Assembly: GCA_963422775.4 (NCBI GenBank)
Contig: CAUJSJ030000154.1
Span: forward strand, 8,748 to 72,747
DNA from: an uncultured Roseateles sp.
GTDB taxonomy: Bacteria > Pseudomonadota > Gammaproteobacteria > Burkholderiales > Burkholderiaceae_C
DNA: 64,000 bases
Direction: 5' to 3'
Part shown: positions 7,623 through 19,878 of the stretch, in pieces
How the letters are laid out: the number at the start of each line of letters is the position of its first letter
Numbering within the stretch: the first letter of the stretch is position 1
Notes under the pieces: generated by a model
What the model saw: only the letters and a program-made list of their open reading frames with translations
Databases searched by the model: none
Told to the model about the DNA's origin: nothing
Made by a program: the position numbers and the translations under genes

Positions 7623-9767
7623 ATGATGAAGTTTGATGTGTGGAGTTGGCGTGCAACGCGCGCGCTGGTGGGTACGGTGCTGGTGGCGGCCCTTACGGCC
7701 TGCGGCGGCGGTGGCGGCAACGCAGGCACGCCCGTCGTTGGGCCAGACGGCGGTGCGTCCAGTCCTTCGGGTGCGGCCAGTGCGGTCGCTGCCGATCTTG
7801 TCGTCGTGCTCAGCAAGGCGACGATGACGAACTTGGGGACTGACTCCATCACGGCGACGGTGACGTCGATCGATGCCAATCGCGCGGCGATTGGTGGCGT
7901 GCCGGTGAGCTTCTCTGTGAATGCCAATGCGCTGGTGACGCCGGGCGGGACGGCTACGGATGCGAAGACGGGTACCTTGGCGGCGACGATCACGCAAGGC
8001 GCTGACGCTACAGTTCGACCGGTGACCCTGACCGTGGTCTCCGGAGCGGTGTCGCGTACCGTGAGCTTCAATGTTGTCCAGAACTCGTCGACGCAGAGTC
8101 CGCAGGCGAATGACCTGACATTGACGCTGAGTTCGACGAACATCGACAACTCGGGCGGCAAGTCAGTTGTTGCTACCGCGACGGCTGTCGATGGCAATCG
8201 GAACGCGCTGCCTGGAATTCCTGTGCAGCTGTCAGTGTCCGACGCCAGCGCGTTCATCGTGGTGCCATCCAGCCAGACCAATGCCAGTGGCCAAGTGACC
8301 GGCACTGTCAGCATTGGCCAGGACCATTCCAATCGAGCGGTCTCGGTCATCGCAACGACGGGCACGTTGACCCGCACCGTCGCATTTCAGGTGAGAGGTA
8401 CGCAGTTCTTGCAGGCGAGCCCCGTTCCGGCCGTGGTGTCGGCTGGCGAAGCGGGCACGGTGCAGTACCTGCTGGCTGACACGAACAGCAACCCGATGCC
8501 AGGCGTGGCGATCAGCGTCGCCGGGAACGGCATCGCGAATGGCACGGGCAAGACTGATCTCAACGGTGCCTACACCTTCAGCTACACCGCACCCAATGCC
8601 CCTGGAACAAATCTGGCGATCAAGGCTTTGGCTGGTGGCATTGAATCGACGGTGACGGTGGCCATCCCTGGAGGAGGTAACACCACGGTGCCGGTGGCGG
8701 TAACGCCGTTGTCCAAGACGCTGAACCTGTCCTCTGACGTCGTTGCCGTCAACACGGCCTCGACGAACAATCAGGTGACGGTCAACGCGTTCTTCAGGGA
8801 CAGTACGAATGCGCCAGTGCCGAACGTTCGAGTCCTGTTTGGCGTGACAGGTGACAACGGGACCGGCAAGATCGGCGCTGGCACGAATACGGTGTTGTCT
8901 GACGCGTCGGGCACTGCCTCGACCACTTATGCACCGGGCGCGGTCAGCAGTCCCACCAATGGCGTGACGATCCAGGCCTGTTGGAAAACCACTGATTTTG
9001 CGGCAGGCTCATCTACGGCCACTTGCGCCGCTGCAGGTGGGCAGTTGATGACCACAACGCTGACGATCGTGGCGAATCCGGTGTCCATCTCCATCGGCAC
9101 TGACAACACGATCAGCAACGGCGCCTCAACGCTGACTTACGTGAAGAAGTTCGTCGTTGTCGTGGTCGACTCCGCCGGCAATCCGAAGTCGGATGTCCAG
9201 ATCACGCCTTCACTGGACCTTGGTGGCTACGGCAAGGGCTACTGGAGCTACAACGCTGGCAGCAAGAAGTGGGAGCGGAACCCCGACTTCGGTTCTCTTG
9301 GGCTGCTGGCGGCAACCTGCCCCAACGAGGATTTGAATCGCAATGGCGTGATCGACTCCACGTCAAGCAGCCCGTTCACTGAAGACATCAACGACAACAA
9401 GCAGCTGGATCCGCGCAAGTCGGATGTGGCCATTACCTTGGTCGGCGCGACCAAGACCGATGCCAATGGCGTCGCGGTGTTGCAGCTCGAGTACCCGAAG
9501 AATCTGGCCAGTTGGGTGAGCTTCAAGATCACCGTGACGGCGGCTGGCGTGCTCAGCCCGCCCGCCTACTACCCCTTTGGCAGGCCGGTGGATTTGCCGT
9601 CGAAGGGCTTCGTCACCGATCTGCAGAGCAGCCAGGCAAGAGTGTTGGACTACCTGTACACCTATGTGGTGCTGCCCGTTGCCGCTGACGCCGTCTCCAA
9701 CGAGGGCGATCCGCCGTTCAAGCTCAGCCCGTATGGACAGTCCAGCAGTTGCATCGACTCGAAGTGA
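7623..9767 (+). CDS. Ig-like (Big_1/invasin-type) repeat lipoprotein with an Asp/Asn-rich C-terminal module; function unknown
   Basis: ORF 7575..9767. The likely start is ATG 7623, giving MMKFDVWSWRATRALVGTVLVAALTAC with a lipobox, then a Gly-rich linker. At least five ~90-aa repeats carry signatures such as ITATVTSIDANRAAIGGVPVSFSV, ATATAVDGNRNALPGIPVQLSVS, VQYLLADTNSNPMPGVAISVAG, VNAFFRDSTNAPVPNVRVLFGV and VVVVDSAGNPKSDVQITPS. The C-terminus has loops NEDLNRNGVID and EDINDNKQLD. Confidence 0.85.
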   Translation: MMKFDVWSWRATRALVGTVLVAALTACGGGGGNAGTPVVGPDGGASSPSGAASAVAADLVVVLSKATMTNLGTDSITATVTSIDANRAAIGGVPVSFSVNANALVTPGGTATDAKTGTLAATITQGADATVRPVTLTVVSGAVSRTVSFNVVQNSSTQSPQANDLTLTLSSTNIDNSGGKSVVATATAVDGNRNALPGIPVQLSVSDASAFIVVPSSQTNASGQVTGTVSIGQDHSNRAVSVIATTGTLTRTVAFQVRGTQFLQASPVPAVVSAGEAGTVQYLLADTNSNPMPGVAISVAGNGIANGTGKTDLNGAYTFSYTAPNAPGTNLAIKALAGGIESTVTVAIPGGGNTTVPVAVTPLSKTLNLSSDVVAVNTASTNNQVTVNAFFRDSTNAPVPNVRVLFGVTGDNGTGKIGAGTNTVLSDASGTASTTYAPGAVSSPTNGVTIQACWKTTDFAAGSSTATCAAAGGQLMTTTLTIVANPVSISIGTDNTISNGASTLTYVKKFVVVVVDSAGNPKSDVQITPSLDLGGYGKGYWSYNAGSKKWERNPDFGSLGLLAATCPNEDLNRNGVIDSTSSSPFTEDINDNKQLDPRKSDVAITLVGATKTDANGVAVLQLEYPKNLASWVSFKITVTAAGVLSPPAYYPFGRPVDLPSKGFVTDLQSSQARVLDYLYTYVVLPVAADAVSNEGDPPFKLSPYGQSSSCIDSK

Positions 9768-10329
9768 ACTATTGATTGCCCTCGTCGGCATGCCCGGCGG
9801 TGGCAAGTCCACCGTCGGCAAACAACTGGCACGCCAAATCGGCGTGCCTTTTGTCGATTCGGATCACGAGATCGAGCAACGCATCGGTGGCAGCATCAAG
9901 CACTTCTTCGAGCTTCACGGCGAAGAAGCGTTTCGGGATCTTGAGACCCAGGTCATCGCCGAACTGCTCGCCAGGCCCGGAGACCGCGTCCTGGCCACAG
10001 GCGGTGGTGCGGTGTTGAGGGAACGCAATCGAGAGCTTCTGCGCGAGGGCGCGACGGTGCTCTACCTGCGCTCGACGCCCGAAGACCTGTTCCGCCGCTT
10101 GCGCCACGACACCACCCGGCCTTTGCTTCAGGTGCGCGACCCGCTGGCCAAGTTGCGCGAACTGCATCATCAGCGTGACCCGCTCTACCGCCGTTGCGCC
10201 CACTACGTGCTGGAAAGCGCGCGACCCTCGGTGCATGCCCTGGTCAACATGGCGTTGATGCAGTTGGAGCTGGCTGGTTTGCTGGATCCGACGCGCGTCG
10301 CGGCGACGGTTGGAGCTGAGCCTCTTTGA
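9733..10329 (+). CDS. aroK: shikimate kinase
   Basis: Walker A in LIALVGMPGGGKSTVGKQLARQIGVPFVDSDHEIE, and the GGG lid motif (LATGGGAVL). The track ORF 9577..10329 is over-extended into the upstream gene. Candidate starts are ATG 9733 (35-nt overlap) or TTG 9772. Confidence 0.88.
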   Translation: MDSPAVASTRSELLIALVGMPGGGKSTVGKQLARQIGVPFVDSDHEIEQRIGGSIKHFFELHGEEAFRDLETQVIAELLARPGDRVLATGGGAVLRERNRELLREGATVLYLRSTPEDLFRRLRHDTTRPLLQVRDPLAKLRELHHQRDPLYRRCAHYVLESARPSVHALVNMALMQLELAGLLDPTRVAATVGAEPL

Positions 10330-10393
10330 TGCCGCCTTGATGTTGGCTTGACCGCAGTGCAGGCTCGTGGAGGGTGGCTCTTACACTCCAGCC

Positions 10394-11488
10394 ATGCCCG
10401 CCACCGATACCGTCCGCATCCAGCTTCCCGACAGTCGCAACTACGAGATTCGCATCGGCTCCGGCATTCTGAACGAGGCGGCCAGTTGGCAGGGATTGCC
10501 CAAGGCGACGGCTGCGGTCATCGTCAGCAACGAGACCGTTGCGCCGCTCTATGCCGAGCGCTTGCGTGAGCAATTGCTGGTCGTCTATTCACGGGTCGAC
10601 CTGGTCGTGCTGCCCGACGGCGAGCAGCACAAGGACTGGGCCAGCCTCAATCGCATCTGCGACCACTTGCTCGGCCAGGCGCTGGATCGCAAGACTGTGC
10701 TGTTTGCACTCGGCGGCGGTGTCATCGGTGACATGACGGGTTTCGCGGCCGCAATCTACATGCGCGGCGTGCCGTTCGTGCAGGTGCCGACCACGCTGCT
10801 GGCCCAGGTCGATTCATCGGTAGGCGGCAAGACGGCTGTCAATCACCCGCTGGGCAAGAACATGCTCGGCGCTTTCTATCAGCCCGCACGCGTCATTGCC
10901 GACCTGGACACGCTGGACAGCCTGCCCGACCGGGAGCTGCGCGCCGGCCTGGCGGAGGTCATCAAGTACGGCCCCATCGCCGACGCGGGCTTCCTTTGTT
11001 GGATCGAGGACAACCTGGATGCGCTGCTGGCCCGAGACAAGGCTGTTCTGGGCTATGCCGTGCGACGCAGCTGTGAGATCAAGTCCGACGTGGTCGGCCA
11101 GGACGAACGCGAGCAGGGCCTGCGCGCCATCCTGAATTTCGGCCACACCATCGGCCACGCCATCGAGGCCGGCCTGGGCTATGGCCAATGGCTGCACGGC
11201 GAGGCCGTGGCTTGCGGCATGGTGCTGGCGTCCGACCTGTCCGAGCGGATGGGGTTGATGCACAAAGGCTTTGTCGCGCGCCTGCGTACCTTGATCGAAC
11301 GCGCAGGCCTGCCGGTGCAACCGCCGAATCTGGGGGCCGACCGCTATCTGCAGCTGATGCGCGTGGACAAGAAGGCCGAGTCCGGTGCCATCCGTTTCGT
11401 CCTCATCGAGGCGCTCGGTAAGGCTGGCCTGCATGCCGTACCTGACGCGCTCATCGCAGAGGTTCTGGCTGCTCATGGAGCGGCTTGA
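10394..11488 (+). CDS. aroB: 3-dehydroquinate synthase
   Basis: Motifs [35 protein letters not shown] and [11 protein letters not shown]. It follows aroK. ATG 10394 is preferred over GTG 10367. Confidence 0.93.
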   Translation: MPATDTVRIQLPDSRNYEIRIGSGILNEAASWQGLPKATAAVIVSNETVAPLYAERLREQLLVVYSRVDLVVLPDGEQHKDWASLNRICDHLLGQALDRKTVLFALGGGVIGDMTGFAAAIYMRGVPFVQVPTTLLAQVDSSVGGKTAVNHPLGKNMLGAFYQPARVIADLDTLDSLPDRELRAGLAEVIKYGPIADAGFLCWIEDNLDALLARDKAVLGYAVRRSCEIKSDVVGQDEREQGLRAILNFGHTIGHAIEAGLGYGQWLHGEAVACGMVLASDLSERMGLMHKGFVARLRTLIERAGLPVQPPNLGADRYLQLMRVDKKAESGAIRFVLIEALGKAGLHAVPDALIAEVLAAHGAA

Positions 11489-12627
11489 TGTCGCCTCCCT
11501 CGCGCCCGCCATTCGCTGCTGACCCTGCACGCAGCCGAGGCCGGCGCCTGCCTGAACCCGCGGCACCGACGCGCAGCGAGTTCCAGCGTGACCGGGATCG
11601 CATCATCCACAGCACGGCGTTTCGGCGCCTGGTCTACAAGACCCAGGTCTTCCTCAACCACGAGGGCGATCTGTTCCGCACGCGGCTGACGCATTCACTG
11701 GAGGTGGCTCAGTTGGGGCGGTCCATCGCACGCAGCCTGGGCCTGGACGAGGATCTGGTGGAGGCCGTGGCCCTCGCCCATGATCTCGGCCACACGCCTT
11801 TCGGTCACGCGGGGCAGGACGTGCTTGACGACTGCATGCGCGAGCATGGCGGCTTCGAGCACAACCTGCAGTCACTGCGCGTCGTCGACCACCTGGAGCA
11901 ACGCTATCCGGATTTCGACGGCCTCAATCTGTGCTTTGAAACGCGCGAGGGCATCCTCAAGCACTGTTCGAGGCGCAATGCGGAGCTCATCGAGGCGGTT
12001 GAACCTCGCGGCGTCGCGACGCGCTTTCTGCACGGTGGACAGCCCAGCCTTGAAGCCCAGCTCTGCAATCTGGCCGATGAGGTGGCCTACAACGCGCATG
12101 ACGTGGACGACGGCGTGCGTTCCGGCCTGATCGAACTGGAGCAGCTTTTGGAGGTGGAGCTGGTGCGCGAACACTGGCGGGCCACGCTGGATGCCCATCC
12201 CGGCCTGATCGGCAAGCGACTGCTGTTCGAAACGATACGCCGCATGCTGTCTGCCCAGGTCTACGACATCATCGACGCGACCCGCGCGGCCCTGGCGGAG
12301 GCGGCCCCGGCAAGCACCGAAGCCGTACGACAAGCGGAAAAGCCTTTGCTGCGTTTTGGCGCCGACATGCGGGCCAAGAGCACGGCGCTGAAGCGATTCC
12401 TCTTCGCCAACCTCTATCGGCATCCACAGGTGCAATCGACACGCGCACGTGCCGAGCAAGTGCTTCACGATCTCTTTGCTGCCTACTCGGCCGACGCGAC
12501 TCAGATGCCCGCCGATTTCGCCAGTCGCGAGGACCGCGAGCGCGCCTGCGCCGACTACATCGCCGGCATGACGGACCGGTTCGCGATCCGCGAGCACCAA
12601 CGGCTGACGGGAAAAAGCCTCTTCTGA
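11485..12627 (+). CDS. dgt: dGTP triphosphohydrolase-like HD-domain protein
   Basis: Motifs [27 protein letters not shown] and [10 protein letters not shown]...[13 protein letters not shown] (HD motif). The start overlaps the aroB stop. Confidence 0.88.
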   Translation: MMSPPSRPPFAADPARSRGRRLPEPAAPTRSEFQRDRDRIIHSTAFRRLVYKTQVFLNHEGDLFRTRLTHSLEVAQLGRSIARSLGLDEDLVEAVALAHDLGHTPFGHAGQDVLDDCMREHGGFEHNLQSLRVVDHLEQRYPDFDGLNLCFETREGILKHCSRRNAELIEAVEPRGVATRFLHGGQPSLEAQLCNLADEVAYNAHDVDDGVRSGLIELEQLLEVELVREHWRATLDAHPGLIGKRLLFETIRRMLSAQVYDIIDATRAALAEAAPASTEAVRQAEKPLLRFGADMRAKSTALKRFLFANLYRHPQVQSTRARAEQVLHDLFAAYSADATQMPADFASREDRERACADYIAGMTDRFAIREHQRLTGKSLF

Positions 12628-12633
12628 GCCAGC

Positions 12634-12675
12634 CATAAATTGGGGTCGGCATAAATTGGGGTCGGAGTCGATTAT
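12634..12675. repeat. REP-like element, left of the RAYT gene: tandem CATAAATTGGGGTCGG x2 followed by AGTCGATTAT
   Basis: A 16-nt direct repeat at 12634-12649 and 12650-12665 is read directly. GGGGTCGGAGTCGATTAT is an inverted match to the right-hand element (GGGTCAGAGTCGAATTAAT on the other strand). Confidence 0.7.
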
Positions 12676-12716
12676 CCTGAGCTCCTCATCTCAGGCATCG
12701 CCGAAAGGGGCCTTCC

Positions 12717-13421
12717 ATGGCCAGACTTCCCCGCCTGATCCTGCCGGGTCAGCCCCATCACGTCATCCTGCGCGGCAACAACCGCCAGGCCATTTTCTTC
12801 AGCGATCTCGACCGCCAGCAACTGCTCGCGGTCATTGGCGAGGTCTCCACTCAATACAGCGTCGCCATTCATGCCTATGTGTTGATGGACAACCACTTCC
12901 ACCTGCTGCTGACACCGCCCACCTCGGAGGCGCTCAGCCGAATGATGCAGGCCCTCGGCCGGCGCTATGTAGGCTGGTTCAACGCACGACATCAACGCAG
13001 CGGCACCTTGTGGGAAGGGCGCTTTCGTGCCGGCCTCATCGAGGGGGAACGGCATCTGTTGGCCTGCATGCGCTACATCGAACTCAATCCTGTGCGTGCA
13101 GGCTTGTGCTCTGAGCCGTCGCAGTGGCCTTGGTCCAGTGCAGCACATCACCTCGGGCTGAACAGGCAGGCGCTCATCACCGAGCATGAGCTGTATTGGT
13201 CCATGGGAAACACCCCTTTCGAGCGTGAGCAGGTCTATCGCGAATTCATGGGGCAAGGCGTATCCGCACATGAGCAGGCGCTGTTTACCGAAGCCGCCTT
13301 GCGTGGCCGGCCAGTCGGCAGCGAGGCATTCCTGAAACCGCTGGCCGTCGATCATGAGCACGTCGTCACCAAGCGGCCTCGCGGTCGACCACGCAAGGCA
13401 GCACTTCGCACGCCCGACTAG
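12717..13421 (+). CDS. REP-associated tyrosine transposase (RAYT; IS200/IS605-like Y1 HUH transposase family)
   Basis: 234 aa. The HUH motif lies in VLMDNHFHLLLTP and the catalytic-Tyr region in LACMRYIELNPVRAGL. The N-terminus LPGQPHHVILRGNNRQAIFF is typical of the family. The gene is flanked by inverted REP-like sequences. Confidence 0.88.
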   Translation: MARLPRLILPGQPHHVILRGNNRQAIFFSDLDRQQLLAVIGEVSTQYSVAIHAYVLMDNHFHLLLTPPTSEALSRMMQALGRRYVGWFNARHQRSGTLWEGRFRAGLIEGERHLLACMRYIELNPVRAGLCSEPSQWPWSSAAHHLGLNRQALITEHELYWSMGNTPFEREQVYREFMGQGVSAHEQALFTEAALRGRPVGSEAFLKPLAVDHEHVVTKRPRGRPRKAALRTPD

Positions 13422-13435
13422 GCGGCATTAACTAT

Positions 13436-13489
13436 GGCCCCATTTATGCGGCAGCCCCTGTTGCAAGAGCATTAATTCGACTCTGACCC
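13436..13489. repeat. REP-like element, right of the RAYT gene (inverted relative to the left copy)
   Basis: GGCCCCATTTATG (13436-13448) is the reverse complement of CATAAATGGGGCC. ATTAATTCGACTCTGACCC (13471-13489) is the reverse complement of GGGTCAGAGTCGAATTAAT. Both modules match the left element with a few mismatches. Confidence 0.7.
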
Positions 13490-13560
13490 TATATTAATCA
13501 AGTTGCCGCAAATGCTGCGCTGCAGTACGCTTCCGCCCTGTCGTGTTCCAGGAGGGCGCC

Positions 13561-18327
<4,767 letters not shown>

Positions 18328-18338
18328 GGAGAGTCGAC

Positions 18339-19815
18339 GTGGGAAAAGTCACTGGCTTCATGGAGTACGAGCGTCTGGAAGAGGGCTATGAGCCCGTTCC
18401 CGCTCGCGTCAAGAACTACAAGGAATTCGTCATCGGCCTGAACGTCGAGCAGGCCAAGCAGCAGGGCGCTCGTTGCATGGACTGCGGCACGCCGTTCTGC
18501 AACAGCGGCTGCCCGGTGAACAACGTCATCCCTGACTTCAACGACCTGGTCTACAAGGGCCGCGCCGAGGACTGGAAGAACGCCATCACGGTGCTGCACA
18601 GCACCAACAACTTCCCCGAGTTCACCGGCCGAATCTGCCCCGCGCCCTGCGAGGCGGCCTGTACGCTGAACGTCAATGACGACGCGGTGGGCATCAAGTC
18701 CATCGAGCACGCCATCATCGACCGGGGCCTGGGCGGAAGGCTGGGTGCTTCCGCAGCCCCCCAAGCTCACGACGGGCAAGAAGGTGGCCGTCGTCGGCGC
18801 TGGCCCCGCAGGTCTGGCCGCGGCCCAGCAACTGGCCCGCGTTGGCCACGCCGTGACCGTGTTCGAGAAGAACGACCGCGTCGGCGGCCTGCTGCGGTAC
18901 GGCATCCCGGACTTCAAGATGGAGAAGTCCCACATCGATCGCCGCGTCGAGCAGATGAAGGCCGAGGGTGTCCAGTTCCGTACCGGCGTGCTGATTGGCG
19001 CATTGCCTGAGGGTTCCAAGGTCACCAACTGGGCCAAGGAAACGATCAGTGCTGATGACCTGAAGGCGCAGTTCGACGCCGTCGTGCTGACAGGTGGCGC
19101 AGAGCAATCGCGCGACCTGCCCGTGCCGGGCCGGGACCTCGGCGGTGTGCACTTCGCGATGGAGTTCCTGCCGCAGCAGAACAAGATCAACGCCGGCGAC
19201 AAGCTGAAGAACCAGCTGCGCGCTGACGGCAAGCACGTCATCGTCATCGGCGGCGGCGACACCGGCAGCGACTGCGTCGGCACGAGCAACCGGCACGGTG
19301 CCAAGAGCGTGACCCAGTTCGAGTTGCTGCCCCAGCCGCCCGAAGTGGAAGACCGCCCGCTGACCTGGCCCTACTGGCCGATCAAGCTGCGCACCTCGTC
19401 CAGCCATGAAGAGGGTTGCGAGCGCGAGTTCGCCATCGCCACCAAGGAATTCATCGGCGAGAAGGGCAAGCTGACCGGCGTCAAGACCGTGTGCCTGCAA
19501 TGGCAGGGCGGCAAGATGATCGAGGTCGAAGGCAGCGAGCAAGTCCTGAGGGCCGACCTGGCCCTGCTGGCCATGGGCTTCGTGTCGCCGGTCGCGACGG
19601 TGCTGGAGGCCTTCGGCGTGGACAAGGATGCCCGCGGCAACGGCAAGGCGTCGACGGAAGGCGCGGCAGCCTACAAGACCAATGTCGACAAGGTCTTCGC
19701 CGCTGGCGACATCCGTCGCGGCCAGAGCCTGGTGGTCTGGGCCATCCGCGAGGGCCGCCAGGCGGCACGCGCAGTGGATGAGTACTTGATGGGTGCGACG
19801 ACACTGCCGCGCTGA
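18339..19815 (+). pseudogene. gltD: glutamate synthase small subunit, interrupted by a +1 frameshift (or a sequencing error) in a GGGG run at 18724-18727
   Basis: The N-terminal part (ORF 18339..19010) reads [13 protein letters not shown]...CMDCGTPFC...[12 protein letters not shown]...IEHAIIDRG and then runs into nonsense. The rest of GltD ([11 protein letters not shown]...[16 protein letters not shown]...[12 protein letters not shown]...[21 protein letters not shown]) continues in the +1 frame (ORF 18676..19815). The total span of 1477 nt is not a multiple of 3. Deleting one G gives IIDRAWAEGWV. Confidence 0.85.
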
Positions 19816-19834
19816 TGACCGCCTGAGCAAGAAG

Positions 19835-19858
19835 AAAGGCCGCCCATGGGCGGCCTTT
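19835..19858. terminator. bidirectional intrinsic terminator between convergent gltD and pilY1
   Basis: Perfect 24-nt palindrome AAAGGCCGCCCATGGGCGGCCTTT. An A-run sits on the left and a T-run on the right, so both strands see a GC stem plus U-tract. Confidence 0.8.
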
Positions 19859-19878
19859 GCTATTGCTGGGCCTGCGCT

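Noticed and set aside
9577-9732. The upstream 52-codon extension of the aroK ORF (MAGRWICRRRASS...).
   Set aside because: It lies wholly inside the Ig-repeat lipoprotein gene in another frame, and shikimate kinases begin just before the P-loop. The same reasoning trimmed the track starts of pilQ, zwf, tal, rplU, hemA, pilD, pilY1, grxD and the PEP-CTERM gene.
12656-13361. Track ORFs 12656..13114 (+) and 12672..13361 (-), which overlap the RAYT gene.
   Set aside because: They are alternative-frame and antisense ORFs without motifs. The 12717..13421 frame carries the HUH and catalytic-Tyr signatures.
18700-18740. The possibility that the gltD frame change is a programmed ribosomal frameshift.
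   Set aside because: No slippery X-XXY-YYZ heptamer is present. There is no in-frame stop with an upstream SD as in prfB-type +1 sites, and no obvious downstream pseudoknot. A one-base homopolymer insertion is the simpler explanation.
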